The position numbers and the translations under genes were made by a program. Below the pieces are notes generated by a model, which worked only from the letters and a program-made list of their open reading frames with translations, had not been told where the DNA came from and did no database searches. 64,000 nt of DNA from Ignavibacteriota bacterium. GTDB taxonomy: Bacteria; Bacteroidota; Ignavibacteria; UBA10030. The stretch is from assembly GCA_963727825.1 (NCBI GenBank), contig CAVSHO010000011.1:224001-288000 (forward strand). Reading direction: 5' to 3'. Below are positions 32,612 to 43,412 of the stretch, piece after piece (the stretch's first letter is position 1; each line of letters opens with the position of its first letter).

Positions 32612-33072
32612 TGCAGACTGTCTATAAGTTTATCTACTTTTTCCAAGGTCAGGTTTTCATAATACTCGTCTCCGATGGCAAGCATGGGAGCGGTGCCGCA
32701 AGATCCCAAACACTCCGTTTCCGAAAGCATCCATTTTTTATCCTTTGATATTTCACCTGCCGTGATACCGAGACGTTTTTCGATATGTTCAAGAATTTTT
32801 CCTGAACCGCGCAGCATGCATGAAACGTTTGTGCATACCTCTATATGATGCTTACCAACAGCTTTATTTTGTAACATAGAATAGAACATCATAACGCCAA
32901 GTATATGGCTGAAAGGAATATCCAAAAGGGTGCCGGCATACTTCATCGATTCTTCCGAGATATAACCTTCCTGCTCCTGTATCATCCACAATACTGGCAG
33001 TACCAGCGCTTGCGCTGTTGGATAACGCTTCTTTAATTCTTCAACTTTACTTAGATTTTCTTCGTTTAACAT
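32608..33072 (-). CDS. nuoE: NADH-quinone oxidoreductase subunit E
   Basis: CTNVSC and ECLGSC [2Fe-2S] ligands. Confidence 0.95.
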   Translation of the reverse strand: MLNEENLSKVEELKKRYPTAQALVLPVLWMIQEQEGYISEESMKYAGTLLDIPFSHILGVMMFYSMLQNKAVGKHHIEVCTNVSCMLRGSGKILEHIEKRLGITAGEISKDKKWMLSETECLGSCGTAPMLAIGDEYYENLTLEKVDKLIDSLQ

Positions 33073-33160
33073 TTATGATATATTTGGAATGTCAAGATTG
33101 CTATATTATCGCAATCCTACTAAACACCTTTTTTACTTTTATCTTTTTCATTTTTAATTC

Positions 33161-34417
33161 TTATTTATCCGCTTCTCCCATCACGGGATCCAAGCTGCCG
33201 ACAATTGCCACAACATCGGAAATCATTGCGCCCTTCATCATAGTAGAAATTGATTGCAAGTTAACAAATGACGGAGACCGAATTTTCAATCGCCACGGCT
33301 GACCTTCGCCGTTGCTATAAATATAAAAGCCCAATTCACCCTTTGGCGCTTCAACTGCATGATAAACTTCGCCAACAGGTGGATTCACTCCAAAATTTAT
33401 GATCATAAAGTCTTGAATGAGTTCTTCCATTTTCTTATATACACGTTCTTTCTTTGGAAGTACTTTCTTTGGTTGGCTTGCGTTCACTTCTCCAGCAGGT
33501 ATTTTATCCAGTACTTGCCGAATAATCTTTATACTTTCTTTTATCTCTGCCATACGAACGTAATAGCGCGCAAGACAATCGCCGCCTTCGTAAGTTGGAA
33601 CGACAAAATCAAGATCATTATAGATGAGGTAAGGATTTGCTCGCCGCAAATCATGCTCCACACCGCATGCACGGAGACAGGGGCCGGTGAGACCAAGGTC
33701 AATTGCCCGTTCTTTGGATATTACACCAACTCCATCAACACGGCCAAGAAATATTCGATTAGTGTTGAGTAATTTTTCGCAATCGAGTACTTTTCCCGGA
33801 AGATCATCAATAAAGCCACGGATAATCGAAAGTGTTTCCGATGTAATATCTTGCGCCAAACCGCCAATACGAGTGTAACTGGTAGTAAAGCGAGCGCCGG
33901 CAATTATTTCGAAGATATCGTACATTTTTTCGCGCTCACGGAATGACCACATCCACACTGTCAATGCGCCAACATCCATTGCAAGCGAACCGAGGAACAT
34001 TAGGTGAGAAGAAATACGGGCTAGCTCAGAGATGAGCGTGCTAATGTACTGCGCACGCAACGGGGCTTCGATGCCGAGTAACTTTTCAACAGCAAGAACA
34101 TACGCTACATTGTTAGAAAGCGGTGAGAGATAATCAAGACGGTCTGTATGTGGGATAAACTCATGGAAGCTGCAATTCTCTGCCAATTTTTCATACCCGC
34201 GATGCAAATACCCGATTTCCGGAACCGATGCCAACACAGTCTCACCGTCCAGCTTGATAAGCAACCGCAACACACCGTGCGTTGCAGGATGTTGAGGTCC
34301 CATATTAAGCACCATCTCATTCTCAAGCGGATCATCAAACGTAACAGTTGTATGCTCGTCCTCAAGCGCTTCGAGAATCTTTGATTTTCTGATCGTGTTT
34401 TCCGGTTTCTGTTCCAT
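33161..34417 (-). CDS. nuoD: NADH-quinone oxidoreductase subunit D
   Basis: NMGPQHPATHGVLRL, GYLHRG, EAPKGELG, DPVMGEADK. Confidence 0.97.
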   Translation of the reverse strand: MEQKPENTIRKSKILEALEDEHTTVTFDDPLENEMVLNMGPQHPATHGVLRLLIKLDGETVLASVPEIGYLHRGYEKLAENCSFHEFIPHTDRLDYLSPLSNNVAYVLAVEKLLGIEAPLRAQYISTLISELARISSHLMFLGSLAMDVGALTVWMWSFREREKMYDIFEIIAGARFTTSYTRIGGLAQDITSETLSIIRGFIDDLPGKVLDCEKLLNTNRIFLGRVDGVGVISKERAIDLGLTGPCLRACGVEHDLRRANPYLIYNDLDFVVPTYEGGDCLARYYVRMAEIKESIKIIRQVLDKIPAGEVNASQPKKVLPKKERVYKKMEELIQDFMIINFGVNPPVGEVYHAVEAPKGELGFYIYSNGEGQPWRLKIRSPSFVNLQSISTMMKGAMISDVVAIVGSLDPVMGEADK

Positions 34418-34445
34418 TGTTCGCTTACTGCCTCAGCTTTTCCAT

Positions 34446-34517
34446 GTGCTGTCAGGAGTTACCTCCTGACAGTAAACCAAGACAATTTTATGTCGGGACG
34501 AAAGTCCCGACATCACG
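34446..34517. repeat. 72-bp REP doublet, copy 1
   Basis: gtcaggagttacctcctgac and gtcgggacgaaagtcccgac hairpins; 67/72 identical to 35122-35193. Confidence 0.85.
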
Positions 34518-34587
34518 TTAAATGCGCGTTCTCAAGCGCTTCGAGAATCTTTGATTTGCGATCGTTCTGTTCTATTCTTGTTTCCAT
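34513..34587 (-). pseudogene. Vestigial duplicate of the nuoD 5' end (24 codons)
   Basis: METRIEQNDRKSKILEALENAHLT* versus NuoD MEQKPENTIRKSKILEALEDEH. Confidence 0.75.
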
Positions 34588-34588
34588 C

Positions 34589-35080
34589 TTATTTTTTCGG
34601 CAACTCTAAAGATCCACGAATACCCATCAACGGAAAATCTTTGCGAAGCGGATAATATTCAAACTCATCCGGCATGTAAATTCTACGCAGATCAGGATGC
34701 CCGTCGAAGATGATACCGAACATATCGAATGCTTCACGCTCGTGCCAATTTGCAGTTCCCCACACACTTGTTACACTAGGCACTTTCGGATTTTCCTCTT
34801 CAGTAAAGGTCTTCAACCGAATACGATGCTTGTTAATGAAAGAATACAAGTTGTAAATGACGCCAAATCGTTTCGACGGTGTATTCATATCAATACCGCA
34901 TAAATCTGCGAGAAGGTCAAAGTTAAGTTCATTGTTTTCCCTTAAATATTTACAGACTTCAACAATTCGTTCCTTTGGGATTACGACGGTTAACTCGCCG
35001 CGAAATTCGTTTGCTTCCAGTGCTATATCAGCAAACTTCGTTTCGAGTCGCTCGAGAACTTTTTTATTCATCGCTTCCAT
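34589..35080 (-). CDS. nuoC: NADH-quinone oxidoreductase subunit C
   Basis: ANWHEREAFDMFGI, HPDLRRI, PLRKDFPL. Confidence 0.96.
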   Translation of the reverse strand: MEAMNKKVLERLETKFADIALEANEFRGELTVVIPKERIVEVCKYLRENNELNFDLLADLCGIDMNTPSKRFGVIYNLYSFINKHRIRLKTFTEEENPKVPSVTSVWGTANWHEREAFDMFGIIFDGHPDLRRIYMPDEFEYYPLRKDFPLMGIRGSLELPKK

Positions 35081-35121
35081 AGATATTAAATATTATGAAT
35101 ACCTTTTTAGAAACCATTCGA

Positions 35122-35193
35122 GTGCTGTCAGGAGTTACCTCCTAACAGCAAATCGAGACAATTTTATGCCGGGACGAAAGTCCCGACATCACG
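35122..35193. repeat. 72-bp REP doublet, copy 2
   Basis: Direct repeat of 34446-34517. Confidence 0.85.
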
Positions 35194-35201
35194 ATAAAAA
35201 C

Positions 35202-35276
35202 CACCTCCCCATCCCGATTTGATATAACATCGTGCCGGGATTTCCCCTCCTCAAACGAGGAGGGGATTAAGGGGTG
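35202..35276. repeat. CCCCTCC/GGAGGGG-type palindromic repeat with inserted hairpin
   Basis: cccctcctc-aaac-gaggagggg stem at 35244-35265, outer cacc/ggtg ends, inner atcccg...cgggat. Confidence 0.6.
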
Positions 35277-35359
35277 TTGTACTTCGTTCTATTACATTTC
35301 ATGTTTACCAATATATAAGATGGTTTTGTGTAATATCAGTTCTTGATTTCTTTTGGAAA

Positions 35360-35893
35360 TTATTTTGCAGCTGCGTTTGATCCAGTGTGGCCACGGAAAT
35401 CGCCAATAAACGCAGGAGCTGTTCCCTTGCTTTCGCCCCGCTGCACTTTTTGCTGAAGATATATAAGTGCATTTAAAAGATTATCCGGACGCGGCGGACA
35501 GCCGGCAACGTAAACATCCACTGGAAGAAACTGATCAATACCTTGAACCACGGAATATGTCCGATACATTCCGCCGGAAGATGTGCACGCACCCATTGCA
35601 ATAACCCATTTCGGTTCGGGCATCTGATCATAAATCTTGCGCACAACTTTTGCCATCTTGAATGTTGTTGTTCCCGCAACGATCATTACATCGCATTGAC
35701 GCGGAGTAAAACGCATCACCTCGGATCCGAAGCGAGCGATGTCGAATCTTGGCCCTGCCGCCGCCATCATCTCGATGGCACAGCATGATATACCCATCGG
35801 CATTGGGTAAAGAGAATTCTTGCGGCACCAATTGATAACATCTTCAAGCTTAGTCGCAATATATCCGTCGCCCATCCAGCTCTCTAATCCCAT
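35360..35893 (-). CDS. nuoB: NADH-quinone oxidoreductase subunit B
   Basis: [31 protein letters not shown]; start at MGLES. Confidence 0.96.
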   Translation of the reverse strand: MGLESWMGDGYIATKLEDVINWCRKNSLYPMPMGISCCAIEMMAAAGPRFDIARFGSEVMRFTPRQCDVMIVAGTTTFKMAKVVRKIYDQMPEPKWVIAMGACTSSGGMYRTYSVVQGIDQFLPVDVYVAGCPPRPDNLLNALIYLQQKVQRGESKGTAPAFIGDFRGHTGSNAAAK

Positions 35894-36240
35894 TCCAAGG
35901 CTCCTTTCCTCCAAACGTAATAAAAGCCAATTAAGAGGATGAAGATAAAAACAAACATCACCACAAAGCCTTGTACACCAAGTTGTTTGTAGGTCACTGC
36001 CCAAGGATACATAAAAACGATTTCGATGTCGAAGACGATGAAGAGCATTGCAACTAAATAGTATTTTACAGAAAAACGTTCACGTGCTGTTCGCACTGGT
36101 TCCATACCGCTTTCGTATGTAGATTGTTTTTCACTACCGGGACGTCTGGGCCCAAATAACTCGTTGGCTTTGCCCATGAAAATGCCAAACGCAGCGGCAC
36201 AGCCGATCATCAGAAATATTGGAATATAAGTTTCAATCAT
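35884..36240 (-). CDS. nuoA: NADH-quinone oxidoreductase subunit A
   Basis: YESGMEP, FIVFDIE, KGALEWD. Confidence 0.96.
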   Translation of the reverse strand: MIETYIPIFLMIGCAAAFGIFMGKANELFGPRRPGSEKQSTYESGMEPVRTARERFSVKYYLVAMLFIVFDIEIVFMYPWAVTYKQLGVQGFVVMFVFIFILLIGFYYVWRKGALEWD

Positions 36241-36366
36241 TTCACAGAATATTCCATTTTTTGATATTTTAAAAATAATTGCTTGAAAAACAAACCCAGC
36301 TTCATTTTCAAGCTCATTTTATAAAACAAGAGAAGAGCACTGATAATTCCCATTTGATATCTTTGC

Positions 36367-36415
36367 AACCTTCCGAAGGTCTCATTGTTTGAACGAAGAT
36401 GATCTTCGGAAAGTT
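36367..36415. repeat. AACCTTCCGAAGGT-type inverted repeat, possible terminator
   Basis: aaccttccgaaggtc...gatcttcggaaagtt. Confidence 0.55.
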
Positions 36416-36420
36416 ACTAG

Positions 36421-38137
36421 TTACTTCATCTCAATCTTCACGCCTTCTAAAGGCCAGCGAGCGCGAACCTTGAGCGTGTCGGAAAACGAGCTAAACCGTT
36501 CTGAGTAGATGAAAGGAAAAGGTTTACCTGAATCGTATTTGCCGTTGTTGTTTCGATCTCTAAATGATTGAAAAATGTAGCGCCCTTCTGTAACTTGCGG
36601 AAATAAAAAATTTCCCGTTGCATCAGTTGTTACAATGTACTGTTTTGGTTTTTTTTCTCCAATTTGAGATGCTACTACATACAAATGTCCTGTGGTATCT
36701 ATTTTGTTTTTATCAACAACAATTCCTTCGACGCTGCTTAAGTCTTCGATATCAAATGTCTCAAAACGCCACGATTTTGTGGAATCATGACATGCATGTC
36801 CAGCCCAATCGCGCACTTTTCGCAATTCTGCACGAAGCGTGTACCATGTCCGGCTCGTTAATTGGTTCTCAGGCTGAAGTGAAATCTCCACATCACTAAT
36901 CAATTTCTTTTCAGTTGCTACTAATTGTTTATTATTGTCGAAAAGATTTATCCAATCAAGTGAATCCGATTTTGCCAATGCATCTGAAAACGTCATTGTT
37001 ACAACCGGTTGAAGGTCGATGGCTTGTGCACTGTCTTTGATCGACACAGAAACTAATCGCGTAGCAAGCGTATCCGACTTCAGCGAACTCTGGAATAGGA
37101 GTGCATTCGCAAGCAGATTAATTTTATTCCCAATAGAATCCGTTATGCCCTGCACGCTAAGACGGTAAACTCTGCCAGAATCTTGTTTTTGTGTAATCAC
37201 AAAGAATGAACTTAAATCTGTAGGCGAAGAATAAGCTATTAAAAGCTTAAGCGGTTTCCCATCAACAGTATCGATAGCTGATAACGATGAAAGACTGATG
37301 GAAGCCGGATTTATTGATTTCGAAAATCCTGCAAGTATATGATTTCGGTTCGGTGAAGTAACTTTGACAAGCCGCGGACATGTTGTATCCTCTTTCGCAA
37401 GCTTCATCAACACTCCAGTGGCTAATGAATCTAAAGCTGTAATATTGATAATGTCTGACTGCACGCCATATTCATCTATTTCACGATCGTATACAAGATT
37501 CCGATACTCATCCCGGACTGCAATTATTCGATAATTGCCAAAAGGGATATGATGAAGGAAGAAATCGCCGTTTTTTCCTGTCTGAGTAATAAAATCAGGC
37601 TTTACATTGATAGGATTTAGAGTATCGGGATTCAAGCCCTCTAATCGGTACGCGAAGATCATAATACCAGAAATTGCATCGCCATTATTTCTTGGATACA
37701 CGCGTCCTTCAATTGCTCCACGATCGATTTCCTTTCCAGTTGAAAACGCAAGAGTAAATGCACGTGCCATTCTATTCTTATTAAGATCCTCCGCATCTGT
37801 TCCGATATTTACAACGTACGTAGTGTTGGTTTTGAGTTTTTCCAAGAATGTTATTTCTAATTCTTTTCCGCTCCAGTTAAACTCCGGTGTTCCAATGTAC
37901 GGTGAAATAAAGACCGCTTCCTCGACACTTCGTTCATTCATATAGCGATCAAATTTCAATTGAATTTTATTGTCACTGAAATTTCGCTATACTGCTGCTA
38001 TCAGGATATGTTGAAACAATTTCCGGTGTTGTTCTGTCAATTGGCCCTCCTTGCGGCGGTTCTTGGTTAGCACATCCCACAAGAAAGAGCACAACAAAAG
38101 AAAAAATGATTATATGATCAATGACGTTATACTTCAT
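36421..38137 (-). CDS. Ig-like (Big_5) domain lipoprotein, +1 frameshift near 37985
   Basis: 5' frame MKYN...LFLVGCANQEPPQGGPIDRTTPEIVSTYP joins ORF 36421-37959. Confidence 0.8.
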
Positions 38138-39162
38138 TTTTTTGAAGCCCGTTGTAATTCGCGCCGTGTGCGATGATACATAATTACATTTTTTTGATGA
38201 TCACTGAACTTTTTAGCAAAGTGATGCCCACCGACACCTGTGGCGACAAAATATAAATAATCATTCTGCTGAGGAAAAAGGACGGCACGAATAGAAGATT
38301 TCCCTGGATTGTTAATTGGGCCAGGTGGCAATCCATAATGCCGATAAGTATTGTAAGGTGAATTAAATTCCAAATCTTTATGATTCAATTTCTTACCTTC
38401 CCCGAGTGCGTACTGTACCGTCGGATCAGCTTCAAGCTGCATTCTCTTTTTTAGCCGGTTCCAATATACACCGGCAATAATAGGACGTTCATCGCTAATA
38501 CTTGATTCAGCTTCTACAATCGAGGCAAGTGTAAGAATCTCCTGCTGTGACGCTTTCATCTCGCGCTGTCGTTCAAGAAGAGTATCATTATAGAAATGCT
38601 TAAATTCAGTAAGCATTAGTTCGATAATTTCATGCTCATCCGTCTGCCAGTAAAATGTGTACGTCTCCGGCATTAAATATCCTTCCAACGACTTCGTTTC
38701 AATGCCATGATTATGAAGGAACATACTATCATTGCAAATTGCTAGAAATTTCTCTTCATCAATTCCAATTTCATGTTTGTACCTGCGCGCAATCTGTTCC
38801 ATCCGCCATCCCTCCGGAATAGTAACCGGAATAATCAAACGTGATTTTCCCACACGGATATCTTTAAGAATGTCAAGATTGGATTGACCGGAAACGAAAA
38901 GATATTTTCCTGTTTTTATTACTTTCGTGTACCCTATCAAACGGCCGGCAATTTGAAATGACCATTGGCTTCGAATGGCTTGCGAGCTTATTAACGAATC
39001 AACTACTGACCGAAATGATGCACCGCGTGGAATCGTCACTACTTTTCCCTTCGGATCATTATAATTATATGGCATTAGGAAAATATAGTATGTAAAAGCG
39101 AATACAAGGATACAAAAGGCAATTGTGATAATTAATAATCGATGGAACAACCGGATTGTCAT
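38134..39162 (-). CDS. mltG: Endolytic transglycosylase MltG
   Basis: TIPEG, LEGYLMPETY, ASIVEAE, SPYNTY..GLPPGPINNPG. Confidence 0.95.
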   Translation of the reverse strand: MTIRLFHRLLIITIAFCILVFAFTYYIFLMPYNYNDPKGKVVTIPRGASFRSVVDSLISSQAIRSQWSFQIAGRLIGYTKVIKTGKYLFVSGQSNLDILKDIRVGKSRLIIPVTIPEGWRMEQIARRYKHEIGIDEEKFLAICNDSMFLHNHGIETKSLEGYLMPETYTFYWQTDEHEIIELMLTEFKHFYNDTLLERQREMKASQQEILTLASIVEAESSISDERPIIAGVYWNRLKKRMQLEADPTVQYALGEGKKLNHKDLEFNSPYNTYRHYGLPPGPINNPGKSSIRAVLFPQQNDYLYFVATGVGGHHFAKKFSDHQKNVIMYHRTRRELQRASKK

Positions 39163-39167
39163 GCTTT

Positions 39168-39470
39168 TTATTTCAAATGTTTCTTTTTCCCGTGCATCGC
39201 AATACGCTCAGCACTTCGCGATTCATCAATGATGCGCTCGAAGAGCCGCTGGATGGCTTTAACAGAAAGCGGGCCGCGGTTTGCCGCCGCAACATTGTGT
39301 TTCACTTCTTCTTCACGTTCAGGCGAATACGCTTCCATCCCAAGAAGAATTTTGATCTTGCCAATCTCCTCAGCGCATTTTGTTCGCTCATTCAGAAGCA
39401 TTACCAATTCATGATCAATTTTGTCTATCCGATCACGCCAACGGCTTATTTCTTTCTTGGGATCTTTCAT
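39168..39470 (-). CDS. Chorismate mutase (AroQ type)
   Basis: RDRIDKIDHELVMLLNER, PEREEEV, FERIIDESR. Confidence 0.9.
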   Translation of the reverse strand: MKDPKKEISRWRDRIDKIDHELVMLLNERTKCAEEIGKIKILLGMEAYSPEREEEVKHNVAAANRGPLSVKAIQRLFERIIDESRSAERIAMHGKKKHLK

Positions 39471-39472
39471 AG

Positions 39473-40483
39473 TCAATTCAATTGTAAGTTCGGTTCAGCT
39501 GTGAGTTCAAGATTTGAAACGAATCCTTTACGCAACCGCTCATATCCTGCCTGCGCTACCATTGCACCATTGTCTGTACAAAAATCTAATTTGGGAATAA
39601 AGAGATGCAGGTGATTGATTTTCGCTTCAACTTCAAGACGACGGCGTAATTCCGAATTTGCCGATACTCCACCGCACACTGCAATATCTTTCACTCCATT
39701 TTTTTTTGCTGCAGATATCAATTTAGCAATCAACACATCTACGACCGCCGCCTGAAAACTTGCGCATACATCGGCAACAAATTGCTCATTCACATTGGCA
39801 GTTTTATCGAACCCAATTTTACGCAAATAGTACAGCACAGAAGTTTTCAATCCGCTGAAGCTGAATTGATGTGAACCTTCCTCAAGATATGGACGCGGAA
39901 ACTTTATGGTTTTCGCGTTTCCTTTTGATGCAAACTTGTCAACTAGCGGTCCACCCGGATAGCCTACGCCAAGCATTTTTGCCACCTTATCAAAAGCTTC
40001 ACCTGCCGCATCATCCATTGTCTCGCCCAGCAATTCACTTTTAAAATAATCCTTCATCAACACAAGCTGTGTGTGTCCGCCAGAAACCGTTAAGTTAACG
40101 AATGGAAACGACGGCTTCGGTTCTTCAATCATATTTGAAAATATGTGTGCTTCCATGTGATTGACACCGATAAATGGGATGCCGAGTCCCATTGCCATCG
40201 CTTTACCGAAACTTAATCCAACTAAAATTGATCCAATAAGTCCGGGACCATAAACTGCGGCAATAGCATCTAAATCTTTCTTTTTAATCGAAGCTTTCCG
40301 CAACGCATCATCAACAATCGAAACAATGAACCGTTGGTGCGCGCGCGAAGCCAGCTCAGGCACTACTCCACCGTATTCCGTGTGAAATAGCTGCATCGCG
40401 GTAGCATTTGAGAGAAGTTTTCCATCCCTCACTACTGCTGCAGAAGTTTCATCACAAGATGTTTCAATTCCTAAAATGACCAT
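39473..40483 (-). CDS. tsaD: tRNA N6-threonylcarbamoyltransferase TsaD
   Basis: LGIETSCDET, GGVVPELASRAH, HMEAH, DDAAGEAFDK, CTDNGAM. Confidence 0.97.
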   Translation of the reverse strand: MVILGIETSCDETSAAVVRDGKLLSNATAMQLFHTEYGGVVPELASRAHQRFIVSIVDDALRKASIKKKDLDAIAAVYGPGLIGSILVGLSFGKAMAMGLGIPFIGVNHMEAHIFSNMIEEPKPSFPFVNLTVSGGHTQLVLMKDYFKSELLGETMDDAAGEAFDKVAKMLGVGYPGGPLVDKFASKGNAKTIKFPRPYLEEGSHQFSFSGLKTSVLYYLRKIGFDKTANVNEQFVADVCASFQAAVVDVLIAKLISAAKKNGVKDIAVCGGVSANSELRRRLEVEAKINHLHLFIPKLDFCTDNGAMVAQAGYERLRKGFVSNLELTAEPNLQLN

Positions 40484-40642
40484 ACTTATTGTTATGATAA
40501 CCAAATTTGATTCTTTGTGCAACGGAACAACTGAAATTATCTGCGCCATAATGAATCGAATCTAACATAGAAATTTTAACTTAAGGATGGTAGTTTTATG
40601 ATTTCATTCTTCAAACATCGCTGTTAATAGTAGAATTTCTCC

Positions 40643-40671
40643 TTGCCTCTCGTGGGTTTTCTCGTTATATT
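40643..40671 (+). promoter_or_regulatory. Putative sigma-70 promoter of rpmB
   Basis: TTGCCT-17 nt-TATATT. Confidence 0.5.
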
Positions 40672-40711
40672 AATTTTATAATTGATAACATTGAAATTAG
40701 TGGAGTTGCAA

Positions 40712-40906
40712 ATGGCAAGAATTTGTGAAGTGTGTGGCAAGAAACCGATGGCAGGCAACCACGTCAGCCACGCACATAATCGCGTTCCAAGACGTTTTCT
40801 TCCAAATCTTCAAAATGTAAAAGTGAAAGTGGGGTCTGGCAGCGTAAAAAGCATTCAGGTTTGCACAAACTGCATCAAATCCGGGAAGATTCAAAAAGCA
40901 GCGTAA
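40712..40906 (+). CDS. rpmB: 50S ribosomal protein L28
   Basis: [33 protein letters not shown]. Confidence 0.97.
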   Translation: MARICEVCGKKPMAGNHVSHAHNRVPRRFLPNLQNVKVKVGSGSVKSIQVCTNCIKSGKIQKAA

Positions 40907-40931
40907 GTTTATTGGGCATTATGAATTTTTG

Positions 40932-40958
40932 AAATCCCGCCCCTCAGCGGGATTTTTT
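40932..40958 (+). terminator. Rho-independent terminator after rpmB
   Basis: aaatcccgc-ccctca-gcgggat followed by T-run. Confidence 0.8.
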
Positions 40959-41038
40959 GTCAACCGCTTATGAGAGGCAACCATAAGGGCATATTTTTGA
41001 TAAATCGGTGAGTTCGTCACGTATATTTTATTCAAGCG

Positions 41039-41662
41039 ATGAAATTTTTTTCACCACCAAATCAATTGACCTTTCTGAGAATTTTACTCACGCCGGTATT
41101 CCTTGTCTTCTTGTTGTCTTCCAATTCCATTTTACGTCAATGGTCACTTGCAGTTTTTATTTTTGCTGCCATAACCGATTGGTATGATGGATGGCTTGCA
41201 CGGCATTGGGGTTATGTTACACGCTGGGGAGCATTCCTAGATCCATTGGCCGATAAAGTTCTCACTTCAGCTGCCCTTCTTGCTTATTCATATCTCGGCT
41301 TAGTATCAGTTTGGATGGTGTGGATTATTGTTATCCGTGATGCCATCATCACCATTCTTCGTTCTTATGCTGAGTACAAAGGCAAACCGGTAGATACATC
41401 TAAGTTGGCCAAAACAAAAACTTTCGCGCAATATGTCATCATCTATTATTTATTGATTTTTTATGTTGCGCAAAATACCCCATCGATTGAGGAACATTTT
41501 AGCGGATTAATTAAAACGCTCCTAAATTATTCCTTTATATATTGTGCAATGCTGATCATCACCGGTATTACATTGTGGACCGGAATCATTTATATTATCG
41601 ACAACTGGAAAACCATTCACGAACTATATGAGTCCTCAAACAAATTTTCCGAACCCGAATAA
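41039..41662 (+). CDS. pgsA: CDP-diacylglycerol--glycerol-3-phosphate 3-phosphatidyltransferase
   Basis: PNQLTFLRI, TDWYDGWLAR, GAFLDPLADK. Confidence 0.92.
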   Translation: MKFFSPPNQLTFLRILLTPVFLVFLLSSNSILRQWSLAVFIFAAITDWYDGWLARHWGYVTRWGAFLDPLADKVLTSAALLAYSYLGLVSVWMVWIIVIRDAIITILRSYAEYKGKPVDTSKLAKTKTFAQYVIIYYLLIFYVAQNTPSIEEHFSGLIKTLLNYSFIYCAMLIITGITLWTGIIYIIDNWKTIHELYESSNKFSEPE

Positions 41663-42149
41663 AGATGTTACAATCGTTGAACCTTCGTTTGTCACTAAGT
41701 TATTCGCCTCAGCTTTATTTTCCGGATATTCACCTATCGCATCCGGTACGGTGGGCAGTGCGGTTGCGCTTACTTTTTATTTTATTCCTGGATTTGAATC
41801 ATTAGCTATCATCGGCACATCAATATTTGTAGTTTTTATTCTTGGCCTCAAAACAGCAAACACGATGGAACAGCGGTACGGCCACGATCCTGCTGAAGTG
41901 ACAATCGATGAGGTTGTGGGTATGTGGATTTCAATGGTTATGCTTCCTAAAAAAATATTTGTTGTGATTGCAGCATTTTTCGTCTTTCGGTTTTTCGATA
42001 TCTTCAAACCATATCCAGCTCGCAAGTTTGATAATATGCACGGCGGTTTCGGTATTATGATGGACGATGTTATTGCCGGCATTTATGCGAACATCATCCT
42101 TCAACTTTTATTATTAATTCCTATTGCTAAGGATTTTTTATTGAGATAG
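41628..42149 (+). CDS. pgpA: Phosphatidylglycerophosphatase A
   Basis: GTVGS, HDPAEVTIDEVVG, FRFFDIFKP, GIMMDDVIAG. Confidence 0.93.
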   Translation: MSPQTNFPNPNKDVTIVEPSFVTKLFASALFSGYSPIASGTVGSAVALTFYFIPGFESLAIIGTSIFVVFILGLKTANTMEQRYGHDPAEVTIDEVVGMWISMVMLPKKIFVVIAAFFVFRFFDIFKPYPARKFDNMHGGFGIMMDDVIAGIYANIILQLLLLIPIAKDFLLR

Positions 42150-42154
42150 AAATT

Positions 42155-43408
42155 ATGAAGGCAGAGATTATATCTGTAGGCGATGAATTGCTAATTGGCC
42201 AAGTCATCAATTCCAATCAGGCACACATTGCAGAAAAGCTCAACTCAATCGGTATCTTTAGCGACAAGATGACAACGATTGGCGATGATGAAAACGAAAT
42301 TCTTTCTGCATTTCAAAAGGCATATGCTTCTCACGATGTCGTTACCGTAACCGGCGGACTTGGACCTACCCATGACGATATTACACGCAGCGTCGTTTGC
42401 AAGTTCTTCAATACAGATACCATTATAAATGAAGAGGCACTTGAGAATGTAAGACGTATTTTTACTCGGCGTAAGTCGGCACCGCGGAAAATCAATGAAG
42501 ACCAGGCTCTTGTTCCACGTGGTTGTACTGTAATCCAAAATCGGCTTGGCACTGCACCGGGGTATTTCTTCGAACAAAATGGAAAGTATTTCATCGTTAT
42601 GCCCGGTGTGCCGTATGAAATGAAGGCAATGATAGATGATTTTATCCTTCCGTTCTTTGAAAAACATAAAACCGGATTGGTCATTCGTCACAAAACATTA
42701 AAAACGACAGGTATTGCTGAATCATTTCTAGCTGAACAAATTGGAGTTGTACATAATTTATTTTCTCCAAATTCCGGCGTTACTTTGGCGTTTCTTCCAA
42801 GTTCACTTGGTGTGCGGTTGCGTATTACAGCCAAAGCGAATTCTGTGGATGAAGTTGAAAATAAAATTCGTGACGTTGAGACAAAGCTACGCAATAAAAT
42901 TGAAAAATATATTTATGCAACCGATGAAAAGGAACTAGAATATACCATCGGCGAATTGTTGAGTAAACGAAAGTCGACTATTGCTATTGCAGAATCCTGC
43001 ACCGGCGGATTGATTGCAGATAGAATTACGAATGTTTCTGGATCATCAGATTATTTCGAACGCGGCATTATCACCTACAGCAACAAATCAAAAACAGATG
43101 AGCTTGGTGTGTCATCACTAATCATCAATCAATACGGTGCAGTGAGCCGGGAAGTCGCTGAAGCAATGGCGCTCGGTATTCGCACTACATCTAATACTGA
43201 TATCGGCATCTCGACAACTGGTATTGCAGGACCAACCGGAGGTTCTCCAAAAAAACCTGTCGGACTTGTCTGGATTGGATATTCTGATATAAATGAAACA
43301 TTCGCGATACAATTCATCTTTAATGGCGAGCGCAGAATCGTAAAAGAACGGGCGGCTCAAGCCGCTTTGGAATTAGTGCGGCGGAAGCTTCTAAAGATCA
43401 CGGATTAA
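42155..43408 (+). CDS. cinA: Competence/damage-inducible protein CinA (with NMN deamidase domain)
   Basis: GDELLIG, GGLGPTHDD, AESCTGG, TGIAGP. Confidence 0.95.
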   Translation: MKAEIISVGDELLIGQVINSNQAHIAEKLNSIGIFSDKMTTIGDDENEILSAFQKAYASHDVVTVTGGLGPTHDDITRSVVCKFFNTDTIINEEALENVRRIFTRRKSAPRKINEDQALVPRGCTVIQNRLGTAPGYFFEQNGKYFIVMPGVPYEMKAMIDDFILPFFEKHKTGLVIRHKTLKTTGIAESFLAEQIGVVHNLFSPNSGVTLAFLPSSLGVRLRITAKANSVDEVENKIRDVETKLRNKIEKYIYATDEKELEYTIGELLSKRKSTIAIAESCTGGLIADRITNVSGSSDYFERGIITYSNKSKTDELGVSSLIINQYGAVSREVAEAMALGIRTTSNTDIGISTTGIAGPTGGSPKKPVGLVWIGYSDINETFAIQFIFNGERRIVKERAAQAALELVRRKLLKITD

Positions 43409-43412
43409 TTCG

